Shown: one piece after another, positions 15,221-28,720 of the stretch
Layout of the letters: each line of letters opens with the position of its first letter
Numbering within the stretch: the first letter of the stretch is position 1
Assembly (NCBI GenBank): GCA_951406725.2
Contig: OX597826.1
Coordinates: 55,118,001 to 55,182,000, forward strand
Direction: 5' to 3'
Origin: Octopus vulgaris
Lineage: Eukaryota
DNA length: 64,000 nucleotides
Position numbers and translations under genes: made by a program
The notes under the pieces: model-generated
Databases searched by the model: none
What the model saw: only the letters and a program-made list of their open reading frames with translations
What the model was told of the DNA's origin: nothing

Positions 15221-16459
15221 TACTTTGTAGCATATTATGGTTGCCTAACAAAATACGGTGTCTCTACAGGTCAATAATATTCAAATGAGATTACTTACGC
15301 CACCCTAGGTAAAAATAAAAAGTTTGATCGAGGGCTACTAACCTATTTCCTTAACAAGTACCAGTCAGCAACCGGATCGCCTATAGAAATCAAACTAAAA
15401 CCTCGGCAACCAGATACAAAACTTTGGAAGGACCAATGTGCTGCTTAGAAAGGGAAAAATAAGAACGCATGAAGAATAAGGGCGCATTGGGAAGTTTTTA
15501 TTGTTCTAAATAAGAGATGTAATACTAAGTTAGAAACGCAATGAAATGTGTGGATTAGGAGCTGATGATGTCTTTATTGTCTGTGTTTGTGTGAGTGTAA
15601 ATGAATAGCATCGTCATTGTCATCCATTTTGATATTGAAAATTGTGCTTTGAAATGCTTAAATAACTTTAAGAGTTATTTGCAAACTCCCTTCTTGTCTG
15701 CTAATAACCAGCCTACCATTGAGTATCACTAGTAAATATTATAAAGTTACCTACAAAGAGAACTGCTGGGATTTGACTCCTCTCCACTCAAAACATTTAT
15801 CTACGATTTTCAGGAACATAATCATGCCATTTACCCCCAGAACAAGAGAACGTTGTAAAAATCTCGTAATCGGCCGAATAAAATAGCGAGTCCTAGCGTA
15901 CTCATAATGTTTGGTCTGCTGAGAGCTATGACGTGTAAATGAAGCTGACCTCTTTTACTGTATGTGTTCGTATATTCAGAAATAACAGCAGTCATATATT
16001 TAATTATCAGTCACCAATAAATCTACATTTCAAATTCCTTTCTCTTCCATTCAAGGTGGTGGAAATATAGAATTGGTTGCAGATCAGACAAAATGCTATT
16101 AGTGCTGGCTTTAATGTCATAACTAGTCAAATGTTAGCGCCATTCAAAATATTCTCACTTCCATTATGTATTTGAGGAAAGCCAAGGTTTCCTTCGCCTG
16201 TATTGGAAGCCATCTCCCACCGTTACAAATCTAGCAATGTTGAAATGAATTTCGGATATGAATCCGGGAGAAATTGCAATTACTGAAATGTATTCCATTT
16301 CATGGAGAACGGATACAACTATAAAAAGGATGCTTAATATAAAAATGATTAACATAATCATAAGGCCGTAATTTTAACGGGAAAGTTATAGCTAAACACG
16401 ATCGAACCAAGACTTGACTCACATTCGGTTTCATCGACTGTGGAAGGATGACAGACCGA

Positions 16460-16836
16460 GAAGCCCGAAATTTTGGGGAGGGAGCTAGTCGATTATATTG
16501 ATCCAGTACGCAACTGATACTTAATTAATCGACCCCGAAAGGATGAAAAGCAAAGTCGACCTCAGCGGAATTTGAACTCAGCACCTGAAGACAGACGAAA
16601 TACCTATTTCTTTACTACCCACAAGGGGCTAAACACAGAGGAGACAAACAAGACAGACAGACGGATTAAGTCGATTATATCGACTCCAGTGCGTAACTGG
16701 TACTTAATTTATCGAACCCGAAAGGATGAAAGGCAAAGTTGACCTCGGCGGAATTTGAACTCAGAACGTAACGGCAGACGAAATACTACTAAGCATCTCG
16801 CCCGGCGTGCTAACGTTTCTGCCATTTCGCCGCTTT
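16460..16836 (-). mobile_element. SINE family M, compound (partially duplicated) copy
   Basis: Two successive aaggatgaaa(g/a)gcaaagt(c/t)gacctc(g/a)gcggaatttgaactcag blocks, ending in the head complement gctaacgtttctgcc. Confidence 0.85.
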
Positions 16837-17144
16837 AAACGGGCTCTTATATCGATATATACAAAAGCTTCAGCTTCTGCCATTGACAAAAAGCTATTAT
16901 TTTAGTGGTGAAAATTTGCAGACTCCAAATAAATATAAAAGAAAGTCGACTACTGACGGATTAGAACTTAAAAGTTAGAGCGCCGGGGGAAATGCGTTGA
17001 GCATTTTGACCGACAGTCTAAAAATTCTGCTACTAGGTGTAATTTGTTCAAACTTTGGCACAAGGTCAACAAATTTGAAGAGAGGGTGCAAGTCGATTAA
17101 ATTGATTCTAGTACTTGACAAGTACTTTATTTTATTTATTTCTT

Positions 17145-17360
17145 TATTGGCCACAGAGGGTTAAACATAGAGGGAACAAACAAGGACAGACAAACGGATT
17201 AAGTCGATTATATCGACCCCAGTGCGTAACTGGTACTTATTCAATTGACCCCGAAAGGCTAAAAGGCAAAGTCGACCTCGGCGGAATTTGAACTCAGAAC
17301 GTAGCGGCAGACGAAATATCGCTAAGCATTTCGTGTTAACGTTTCTGCCAGCTCGCCACC
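17145..17360 (-). mobile_element. SINE family M copy
   Basis: High identity to 16620-16836 and 29200-29426. Confidence 0.85.
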
Positions 17361-17938
17361 CTAAGTACTTTATTTTATTGACCCCAAAAAGATGAAAAGC
17401 ATAGTTGATTTGGGCGGGATTACAACTCGTGACGTTAAGAAATGCCGTTAAGCAATTTGTGCGACGCGCTAACGTTTCTGCTCGTTCCATTGACACTAAT
17501 GTTTGCATACATTTGCAAGATAATATGCATGCATTGAAATCTCCAATTATCACGCGTAATGAGCAACAAAAGGACAAATCATGTTTCGAACTTCCAATCG
17601 ACTTCTACACTCAGAAATTAGAAAAAAAATATTGGACTTCTAATTTTTTTGAAATTACATACCGAGAAAAAAATACAAAACAAAATAAAAACAAACCAAC
17701 AAAAACATGAAAAAACCAAAAATCAATAGACATAAAGAGGGGGCCTGAATAAATTGGACTCTGTTTTATGTTTTACGAGTTTATTGACGTTCATCAGCAT
17801 ATGCATAAAAAAGATTAAATGTTTTTATTGTTTTTAAAACACTGTAAAAACTGCTTCGATTTTTTCTCTTTCTTCTCTTTTTGCATGACCCTGTGGTAGT
17901 TGAGTGCATTTGAAACTTGTCATATGACATACGTCTCT

Positions 17939-17980
<42 letters not shown>

Positions 17981-18207
17981 CTCTCTCTTATTTCATTTCA
18001 GTCAGATATGCATCCAATATCACTTGTGTTGCATCTTCAAAAAAAAAAGAAAGAAAAAAAGAAAGAAAGAAAGAAAGAAAGGAAAGAAGCAAAATATAAC
18101 AAGAACGAAAAAAAGCATCGCATCCACCATTAAATAAGTAGTTTTTCATTTGTGTCTCACTTTTGACTTTTCATTTGCATATGATACATGCATATTTTTG
18201 CGCATAT

Positions 18208-18262
<55 letters not shown>

Positions 18263-18854
18263 TGTAAATCTCTCTCTCCCTCTCTGTCTCTGTTTCTCTC
18301 TTTATCAATCAATCAATCTATATATATATACATATATATATATACATAAATATATACATATATGCATATACATATATACAAACATATATACATATTTGTA
18401 TATCTATAGCTATCTGTCTATCTAACTGTTTATCTACCTACCTATCTCTACATATATGTTGTTTGATTTTATTTGAAATCATATTTAAAAAATATAAAAA
18501 AATAATTTTGCATAAAACTGAAAGACAACACTCAATACTTTTTAGCAGAGTACATATTTATCAATTTCTAGAAGAAATAATTTGACAGCCACTTCGAACG
18601 TAAGTATATGACGTTCGATGTATATCATCTCACAGTCATATAAGATACACCCGTGTTACATTATTTCAATTGCGGGACAGAGTTCTCTGGTTGCTCTATT
18701 GTTTAGCTTGAAAGTTAGTCACGTGTATCTGTCTTTTACTTTCTATGTCTTGCTTCAGTGATTGGACTGCAGCCATGCTGAAGTGGGTAGGGGTGGTAAT
18801 GTCATCGACTTAAAGAATTTTGATCGAACGAAATGACGTCAGTAATCAATATTT

Positions 18855-19090
18855 TGATGGTTTGTTGCCAACTTAATGTGGCAGTCCCTGGAAATGGAAG
18901 AACACTACTGCTATTTAGCCCCAGGAAACCCTGTTTCTAGTTGGCTATGTGATACAAGCGTTCTGTGTCCTTAAGTTTTCAAACAGGGGAGATAAGCACC
19001 TCCACCCACCAAAGGCAGCTCTCAGAGACTAGTTTCAGTGTCATTGCCCTTCATCAGTCTGGAGTAGCTTGGCTTGCTAACTGTTGATGC
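18855..19090 (-). mobile_element. Fold-back HHR element, copy A (one arm plus hammerhead)
   Basis: Arm 18855-18980 is homologous to 19210-19310 (direct) and 19347-19472 (inverted), and is followed by an HHR on the minus strand. Confidence 0.7.
19023..19061 (-). ncRNA. Minimal type I hammerhead ribozyme
   Basis: Minus strand: caga CUGAUGA agggcaaugacacu GAAA cuag UC ucug. Stem I caga/ucug, palindromic stem III acuagu, GUC triplet, imperfect stem II. Confidence 0.78.
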
Positions 19091-19146
19091 TTATTTGCCT
19101 TTGAAAACTTATAGAATTTCAAGTGAAATATATTCACTGATCTGTA

Positions 19147-19535
19147 TAATTAGAAATATTGCATTTCTAAATCTCTCAGAGAGACGTATAAAGTAGCAGC
19201 ACGATAAAATGATGGCATGTTGCCAACTGAATGTGGCAGTCCCACGAAAGGGAAAAATGCTACTGCTATTTAACCCCAGGAAACACTCTTTCCAGTTGGT
19301 TATATGGCACTCTGAAACTAGTCTGTGGATGCTGGTTTTGCTGGGGGAAAATTTAAGGACACAGAAAGCATATGTCACATAGCCAACTGGAAACGGTGAT
19401 TCCTGGGGTTAAATAACACTTGCATTCTTCCCTTTCCTGAGACTGCCACATTAAGTTGTCAACAAACCATCACTTTATCGTGATGCTACGGTATGAATCT
19501 CTCTGAGAGATTTAGAACTGCAATATTTCTAATTA
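19147..19535. mobile_element. Fold-back HHR element, copy B (long inverted arms around a 3' half hammerhead)
   Basis: Termini taattagaaatattgca / tgcaatatttctaatta. Arms 19147-19310 and about 19375-19535 are imperfect inverted repeats. Centre contains ctGAAActagTCtgtgg (19312-19328). Confidence 0.8.
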
Positions 19536-19594
19536 ATATTTTATAGTCAGTTTACACACACACACACACAAATATATATATAAATATATATATA

Positions 19595-19993
19595 TACTCT
19601 TTTACTCTTTTAATCTTTTACTTCTCTCAGTCATTTGACTGCGGCCATGCTGGAGCACAAGCCTTTGATACAGCAACTCGACCCTGGGACTTATTCTATT
19701 GTAAGCCCAGTACTTATTCTATCGGTCTCTTTTGCCGAACCGCTAAGTAACACACCAGCATCGGTTGTCAAGCAATCCTAGGGGGACAAACACAGACACA
19801 CAAACACACACACGCATATATATACACATATATACGACGGGCTTCTTTTCAGTTTCCGTCTACCAAATCCACTCACAAGGCTTTGGTCGGCCCGAGGCTA
19901 TAGTAGAAGACACTTGGCCAATGTGCCACGCAGTGGGACTGAACCCAGAACCATGTGGTTGGTAAACAAGCTACTTACCATACAGCCACTCCT
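19595..19993 (-). mobile_element. SINE family O (tRNA-like head, CORE-like box, internal microsatellite, gtaaaaga tail)
   Basis: Reverse complement of 48627-49060: ggagtggctgtatggtaagtagcttg..gggttcagtcccactgcgtggc..; tail tactcttttactctttt. Confidence 0.88.
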
Positions 19994-20188
19994 ATATATC
20001 ATCTGACATATTCATGGACTCACGCACGTATATATATATATATAAAGTATATAAAATATATGATTTTATAAATATAATTACAAAATTATAATAAGGGCAA
20101 CTACCAAGTAATGCCACATGCTAGAAGGACACAACGTCAAATGACTCTAAACTGCTTCATTTATCACAGATACGGACTGAAAGTGATG

Positions 20189-20257
<69 letters not shown>

Positions 20258-20473
20258 TATTAAATTAAATTAGAGACAAAACCACTATTAGGCAAATCAA
20301 ACAACAATGAAAAACTTAAGCCAACACATATGATTAATTTATATTATTTAAATATATAACAAAATTATTAAAAAAATATAATTAATATCACACTACTATA
20401 AAATTGGATTCAATCTTAAATCTGATTTTTCCCTGTAAGTTTGGATTTATTCCCTAATATTTATTATTATATA

Positions 20474-20535
<62 letters not shown>

Positions 20536-20546
20536 CATACATACAT

Positions 20547-20581
<35 letters not shown>

Positions 20582-20594
20582 TAAATATATATAT

Positions 20595-20810
20595 CAGACG
20601 CCATGATAGATCGTTAGCCACTACACACATTTTTTCTCCCCTTTCTTTTCTCTCCTTATTTTTCTCTCCTTGTTTTCTGTGACTCTTTCTGTAGAAGAGA
20701 GTAGGCTCGAAACGTAAAAGACTTTTGCTATTCCTGAGCATTATACTAATACATCTGTTTGTTTTATACACCACCTGTTTTGTCTTTTGTTTTTTTTCGT
20801 AAAATCTCCC

Positions 20811-20812
<2 letters not shown>
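20595..20812 (+). mobile_element. Penelope pLTR-like short repeat with variant minimal HHR motif (20684-20721)
   Basis: Homologous to 35540-35732. Motif tcttt CTGTAGA agagagtaggctc GAAA cg TA aaaga. Embedded in (TA)n. Confidence 0.6.
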
Positions 20813-20871
<59 letters not shown>

Positions 20872-21331
20872 TCCGTCTACGAAATATTCACTCTCTCTCT
20901 CAAGTCACTGACCTCTAAAACACTTCATAAAGCATAGAATCAAACTTCGGTTTATCCATATTTTCATTTTTTGTTCTGTTTTGATCGATTCGTCCAACAA
21001 TTTTGTCCCATACAATACGTTTGCTAACCAACAATCATCGTCTAATCGAGGTAATTAAAAACGTCTGTCACTTTTGTAAAAGCTAGTCAATAAAGCACCT
21101 TGTACTTTCAGATGACAGAAATGTGACCATGACCTGACGCAAATAAATATCTAAACGTAATCTTCTGTCATGTAATTTTTCTGGGTTATTCATATCTGTT
21201 CCATATTCTATCAGACAGTTCATTACCGTCTCTGTGATTTTCAAACTTATAATATACGTCCATTCAGACGGAATAAGATGTGATCCACGCTTGTGTGTCT
21301 GCGTTATATATAAATACATACATAACACACA

Positions 21332-21408
<77 letters not shown>

Positions 21409-21480
21409 TATATATACATACATACATACATACACACACACATATATATATACATATATATATGTATGTATATATTATGT

Positions 21481-21535
<55 letters not shown>

Positions 21536-22775
21536 TATATATATGTATGTATATATATATGCATATATAATATTTATATATATGTACATATGTATATATA
21601 TCTATGTATATAGAGAGGCACAGACAGACTGACAGTCAGTCAGAGAGCAAGGACATTTGTAGACGTCTCGTGCATTTTTATTTAGAACACTATTGTTGGT
21701 GTTATTTTTATCGCTGCTATTATAATAACGGCCATCATCATCGTTAGTATGAGAAGGCCATCTGCCGAACTGTCTCTTTAAATAGACAGTTCGGTAAATC
21801 GCTAAAGCGTCAGACTAAATGCCGTACCGTTTGTAATCTATGACAATATCGTTGAGATATAGAAATGAGTGAAGAATACAGATTAGTCACAATATAGATG
21901 ACAGTAATATTTAAGCTGCTCTATTTAAACGATAAAGACTTACATGAAAGAACGATTATGAGGACACGAAACGATAGGTTTGCTACCGATTCGTGTCTTC
22001 GTGATGCTATCTCTAATACAGAAAGTTATTGGAAACATCTACTACAAAGGAGGTCACTCACCTTTTGGACATCGAATTTTCTATTGTATTATTTTGCAGG
22101 TATTTCTTCCGGAGGCGAGTATTTTACGGATACTTAAATTGAACTAGAGCAAATGAAGCTCTTAAGGCTGTCTAACTGCTAATTTAAGAAAAGGTAACTC
22201 CATACAAATCCTGCCTCCTAATAACTACTGGGCTGGTCGAACTTGTTGCAGTAGATCAATTCATGTTTGAATGATGAGAGGGAGGGGCTGGCTCTGCACA
22301 AAACATGTCCTCTATAATAATGTGCATCGATCAGATTGTTCTGCAAACCAAGAAACCAGCACCAAATACTTCTCTCTGAAATGATCGAGATTCGGTCTGG
22401 GAAAAGGAGCAGGAAGAGAACGAGAAGGAGAGGGAGTAGATGCAGGAGTTGTAGAGGACATGTGGAATGTAAAGTAGCTTCTCAACTGCAATGTTTATAC
22501 TGAAATGAGCTAAAATGTGGGCACCCTGTAAACATTTCTTTCTTAAGATAACACTTTGTAGTGATGCTCTCCAGATTGATGTTTTAAATCCACTAAACAG
22601 AGGAATCACCTGGATGATACCCGGCAGTTGTATACAACTATCATTTATGAACGAAGACAGCGAAATTTATCATAAAATCAAAGGCACCGGAAAAAATGCT
22701 TGGCGACATTTCGTCCTTCTTTATGTTCTGAGGTCGTCTTCGCCTTTCATCCTTCGAGATTGATAAACCCTCATG

Positions 22776-23145
22776 GCTTCCGGGTTCAGTGACGTTGTGT
22801 GGCACCTTGGACAAGTGTCATCTACTATAGCCTCAAGTCGACCAAAGACTCGTGAGTGGATTTGGTAGATGGAAACTGGAAGAAGCCCGTCGTATATATA
22901 TATATATATGTGTGTGTGTGTCTGTGTGTGTGTGTGTGTGTGTGTGTACATATATTGTCACAGGCATGACTGTGTGGTACGAAGCTTGCTTCCCAACGAA
23001 CTAGCTCCGGGTTTTCTCCCACAATGTGATGCCTTGCGCGAATGCCTTCTATTATAGCTTCGAGCCGACCAAAGCCTCGTGAGTGGATTTGGTAGATTGA
23101 AACTGAAAGAAGCCCGTCATATATATATATATATATCTGTACATT

Positions 23146-23192
<47 letters not shown>

Positions 23193-23194
23193 GG

Positions 23195-23249
<55 letters not shown>

Positions 23250-23465
23250 TGTGTGTGTGTGTGTGTGTGTATGTGTGTGTTTGTCCCTCCCACCATCACT
23301 TTGACAACCAGCGCTAGTGTGCTTACGTTCCCGTAACTTAGCGGTTTGGCAAAAGCGACCCATATGATAAGTACTAGGCTTCAAAAGAATACGTACTGGG
23401 GTTAATTTGTTCGACTAAACGCAGTGCTTCAGCATGACTGAAATAAGTAAATGAGTAAAAGAGAA
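22776..23465 (+). mobile_element. Two adjacent SINE family O copies
   Basis: Two repeats of tctactatagcctc..gaccaaag..gtgagtggatttggtagat.gaaactg.aagaagcccgtc + (TA)n(TG)n. The second ends with the family 3' part. Confidence 0.85.
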
Positions 23466-23499
23466 TTATTTATATAACGCACACACACACACACATACA

Positions 23500-23550
<51 letters not shown>

Positions 23551-23759
23551 GTAAACTCGTGTACCTCAGAGCCATACATGCAGGTATACGTGTGCTTACA
23601 TGAGTATGAATATTTCCACACGGATACTTACATACGTGTACACGTTAACTCACTAACAAGCCAAAGTAGTAGAGAGCCATGTCAATATATTAGTGACCAG
23701 CTTGAAGTCTGAAAACTTCAAACTCAAAGAAAACAGATGTTCGCATACTGTATACATAC

Positions 23760-23852
23760 GTACCTGTATACATACATATATACACATATATATATATTTA
23801 CATATATGCATACACATATACATACATATATACATATATATATATATTTACA

Positions 23853-23946
<94 letters not shown>

Positions 23947-24058
23947 CTTATAAATATATACACGTATATACATTCGTACATGCATGCATATATATACACA
24001 CATACCTGAGTACATATATGAATACATGCTATTACACATACAATCATACTTACATACC

Positions 24059-24132
<74 letters not shown>

Positions 24133-24238
24133 TAAATGTATATACATGCATATATATATATATATACATGTATATTCTTATGTATATATATTAGATATAT
24201 ATATATATATATACGGGTATATGCATATATATATATAC

Positions 24239-24282
<44 letters not shown>

Positions 24283-24510
24283 AATATATACATGTGGATA
24301 TATATATATATTTATACACACACACATATATATTCATATATGTACATAATATATACATATATATATATGCAAATATATATATATATAAATATATATATAC
24401 AAATACATATATATATTTGTATATATATATATATATATTTGTGTATATGTATATAAATATATATATATATGTATGTATGTATGTGTGTGTGTGTGTATGT
24501 ATACATTAGT
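23760..24510. repeat. Long compound (TA)n/(TACA)n microsatellite field
   Basis: Directly visible dinucleotide runs. Similar fields at 1420-1810, 5990-6400, 21320-21600, 33620-33830, 37565-38060 and 53060-53730. Confidence 0.95.
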
Positions 24511-25194
24511 ATACACATTTAAAGTTTATTTTATGCTTCTCTATTTTTCTTGATATTTTCTCTGACAAAATCCATCAAAAGAGAAGCAGAAAAATGGTAA
24601 ATAATCCTGTAGAAACAACAAACCGAAGAACACCATCAACTGATTTGATGAAAGTCAGTTTCTGCAATTTAACCAAAAACCAAAACCAAAGAGGCAGATT
24701 TTCTTAAATTCCTCAACCATTCCTTTCCTTTCATCTGGTCGATTCTTCATAACTTGACTTCTTGTTATATTTGTTGTAATGTTGTTTATAAAGTAGTAGT
24801 AGTATTAGTAGTAGTGGTAGTAGTAGTTGTTGTTGTTGTTATTGTTGTTGTCGGTGGTACTCATGATGTTGTTGCCGTACACGTTATTTATTTTGTTGTG
24901 GCTGTTATTGCTCAAGGTACCGTTGGTGGCGTTTGGGGGTTGCTGGGAAGACTCTCTGCTTTTATTGCTCTCTCTGTTCCTGCTTTAAAGTTTCCTACAT
25001 GTGTTTTATTACTGGCGTTGCTCTTGCTATTGCTTTTGTTATTGTTGTTGCTGTTGTTGTGCTCTTTTGTGCATTTGTTCTTCATATTGTTGTTGTTATT
25101 TTTGGTTTCTTAACCTCTTTTCGTTCTCCTTCTAGTTCTTTCTGTAGTTCCTTCATTTTCTTTCGTTTCGCCATCATCACCTCCTTCTACATCG

Positions 25195-25407
25195 TCATCA
25201 TTTTCTTCTTCTTCTTCTTCTTCTTCTTCTTCTTCTTCTTCTTCTTCTTCTTCTTCTTCTTCTTCTTCTTCTTCTTCTTCTTCTTCTTCTCTTCTTCTTC
25301 TTCTTCATTATCATCATCATCATCTTCTTCTTCTTCTTCTTCTACTACTACTACTACTACCACCACCACCACCACTACTACCACCACCACCACCACCACC
25401 ACCAACG

Positions 25408-25453
<46 letters not shown>

Positions 25454-25745
25454 CACCATTGATGTCCTCCTTGGTCTCGCTCCCCTCCTCTCCATTCTCC
25501 TCCCCTCTTTTTCATTCTTCTTCTTCCCCCCTGTTCCTCATTTTTCTTCTCCTTTCCTCCTCCATCTACAAGTAGTTTCCTAATAAGAAAATTTCCAAAA
25601 GCTGTAGTGGCAGCAGCAGCAGTGGCAGAAGCATCAGTCGCAGCAGCAGCAGTGGCAGCAGCAGCAGTGGCAGCAGCAGCAGTGGCAGCAGCAGCAGTGG
25701 CAGCAGCAGCAGCAACAGTCGCAGCAACAGTCACAGCAGCAGTTG
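25195..25745. repeat. Compound trinucleotide repeats (CTT)n,(CTA)n,(CCA)n and 15-bp GCAGCAGCAGCAGTG-type minisatellite
   Basis: Directly visible. Confidence 0.95.
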
Positions 25746-26086
25746 CTGTGACGATCTCGTACTGCTTCAAACACGATTGCTCATTCATACCGCTGTTGTC
25801 CCTTATAACAACAGACTGAACGAATAAAATCTTTAAATAAAAACTTATGGGAAAATTCGTACTTCTGTATATCAAAGAATAGAAGTGGATTAAAAATTAT
25901 TTTGCGTGATATTACAATAAGGTCTTCAGGATTGATCGTGAGAAATCATCGCAGCTGAAAATTACCAGCTATGGCAAAATTTGCTGGTTCATCAAACTTG
26001 AAGAGTCAACAAAAACACGCGCCGAGATTGTAGGATATATATATTCGTGCCCGTAGATTTGTGTCCCATTATATAGGATAAAGAAA

Positions 26087-26955
26087 TCGGCGAGATGGCA
26101 GAAACTTTTGCATGCAGGGCTTGAAGGATTAGCGGTATTTCGTCTGCCGTTACGTTGTGAGTTCAAATTCCGCTGAGGTCGACTTTGCCTTTCATCCTTT
26201 CGGGGTCGATAAATTAAGTACCAGTTACGCATTGGGGTTGATGTAATCGACTTAATACCTACGTCTGTCCTTGTTTGTCCACTCTATGTTTAGCCCATTG
26301 TGGGTAATAAAGAAATATGTATTTCGTCTGCCTTTATGTTCTGAGTTAAAATTCTGGTGAGGTGGACTTTGCCTTTCATCGTTTCGAGAGGGTCGATGAA
26401 TTAAGTACCAGGTGCGTACTGGGGTCGATGTAATTGACTGGCCCCCTCCTCAAAAATTCCGGGCCTTGTGCCTAGAATAGAAAAGATTATATAGGATAAA
26501 CAAGGCAGCGAGCTGCCAGAAAAGTTAGCGCACCGGGCGAAATGCTTAGCAGTATGTCGTCTGCTGTTACGTCCTGAGTTCAAAATCCGCCGAGGTCGAC
26601 TATGCCTTTCATTCTTTCGGGGTCGATAAATAAAGTACTAGTTACGCACTGGTGTCGATGTAATCGACCTAATCCGTTTGTCTGTCCTTGTTTGTCCCCT
26701 CTGTGTTTAGCCCCTTGTGTGCAATAAAGAAATAAGAAACGTTACCACGCCGGGCGATATGCTTAGCAGTATTTCGTTCTGAGTTCAAATTCCGGCGAGA
26801 TCGACTTTGCCTTTCATCCTTTCGGGGTCGATAAATTAAGTACCAGCTGCGTACTGGAGTCAATCTAATCGACTGGCCCCTCTCCAAAAAATTGCTGGTC
26901 TTGTGCCTAGAGGGGGAAAGATTATATAGGATAAAGAAGGCAGAGAGCTGGCAGA
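26087..26955 (+). mobile_element. Head-to-tail cluster of compound SINE family M copies
   Basis: Heads ggcg(a)gatggcagaa / ggcagcgagctgccagaa at about 26089 and 26504. The gagttcaaattccgccgaggtcgactttgcctttcatcctttcggggtcgat block recurs four times in variant forms. Confidence 0.88.
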
Positions 26956-27074
26956 GAGGATGATATGTGATAAAGTAGAGAAACTAATGATATGAATATC
27001 ATTATGACTATCATGTTCACTGTCTTAATCAGTATCACAAACGCAACCATAACCTTCCACATGGACCGCTTCGT

Positions 27075-27197
27075 CTTCTACCACCGTCGCATCACCATCA
27101 TCATCATCATCACCACCACCACCATCAACATCATCATCAGCAGCAGCACCACCACCACCACCACCATCATCATCACCACCACCACCACCAGCACCAC

Positions 27198-27250
<53 letters not shown>

Positions 27251-27602
27251 CAATCGTCGAGAATAATAGTATTGGTTTCGAATAATTGCACAAGGCCAGC
27301 AGTTTCGGGTTTAGCAAGTACATCGATTACATAGATTTCAGTGCTGAACAGGCTCATATTTTATCACTATCCTCAACAACAACAACAACAACAACAACAA
27401 CGACGACGACAACAACGACAACATCATCAACAACAACAACAACAACAATAATAATAACAATAATTATAGCAATAATAATAACAACAATAATAATCTTTTC
27501 TACTCTAGGCACAAGGCCCGAAATTTGGCGGGAGGCCAGTCGATTAGATCGATCCTAGTAGTTACCGACCCCTAAAGGATGAAAGGCAAAGTAGACCTTG
27601 CC

Positions 27603-27659
<57 letters not shown>

Positions 27660-27682
27660 TGATGATGATGATGATAATAATG

Positions 27683-27734
<52 letters not shown>
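27075..27734. repeat. Compound (CAT)n/(CAC)n/(CAA)n/(AAT)n microsatellites with a short SINE M remnant
   Basis: Directly visible. Confidence 0.9.
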
Positions 27735-27735
<1 letters not shown>

Positions 27736-28720
27736 CAGATGTAGTTTGGACTCTCAAAATGTGCTACGACAGGGATGAGACGAAGAAACGCTTTTCAGAA
27801 CAGAAGGCATATATTTGCCAAGTAGTGAAATGTTGAAGGCAATACAACCTCCATCGAGTTATAAATACCTGGGAATACTTGAGGCGGATTGACTCAAACA
27901 CCACGACATGAAGGAAAAGAGAAAAAGAGAGTACCTACGGCGAGTGAGAAAAATATTGGCTTCAAAGCTAAACGCCAGAAACATAATTTCGGCAATAAAT
28001 TCGTGTGCAGTTGCAGTAATTCAGCTTGGCGCTGGAATCCTGAAGTGGACAGAGAAGTAGTTAAAGGAGGTGGACAGAAAGTCAAGAAAGCTCCTAACGA
28101 TGCATGGAGCCCATCATCCACGTGCATCCACTGATCGCCTATACATGAAGAAAGTAAATGGAGAAAGGGAACTAATAAGTGTGGAAGACTGCGAGCGCAT
28201 CGAACTCGAGAGTTTAACGAGATACCAGCCAAAAGTAAGAAAACCTTGCTAGTGACAGGAACGAGGGAGTATTGAGGCCAGAGAGAAAAGGGAAAACAAA
28301 GGAAGATGTACAAAAAGGACTTGAAGAAGAATTACGCAAGAAGGGACAACACAATCAATTCCATATAGCTACAACAGACGTTGCTGGAAAAAGTAGGTGG
28401 GATTGACTGATGAAAGGAACTTTAAAAAAAGAGAACGAGAGCACTATACTGGCAGTGCAGGACCAAGCTTTACGAACTAGAGGGTCAACCTGAGCAAGTA
28501 TCTCCGCTGTGTCGCATCTCCAACAGAGTGGATGAAACCATTGCCCATATCACGAACGAATGCCCTAGACTTGCCCCAAACCGTTACAAATTGTGGTGAT
28601 AAGACTAGTTAAAGAAAGTGTTACATTGGAAACTGTGCGGAAAGTGGAGGGACTAGAGAGAGGCAAGAGGTGGTATGAGCATAAATAAACCAGAGACATC
28701 GAGAGACAAGATTTTGCAAC
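27735..28720 (+). mobile_element. R4/Dong-like non-LTR retrotransposon fragment (end of RT to zinc knuckle)
   Basis: YKYLGILEAD..EYLRRVRKILASKLNARNIISAINSCAVAV..DRKSRKLLTMHGAHHPRASTDRLY..ESTILAVQDQALRT..DETIAHITNEC. Frameshifted; abuts an (AAT)n tract. Confidence 0.9.

Noticed and set aside
25441-25875. Poly-Ala/Thr protein exon (minus ORF, 144 aa)
   Set aside because: The open frame is explained by GCA-type repeats; no recognisable domain or clear donor site.
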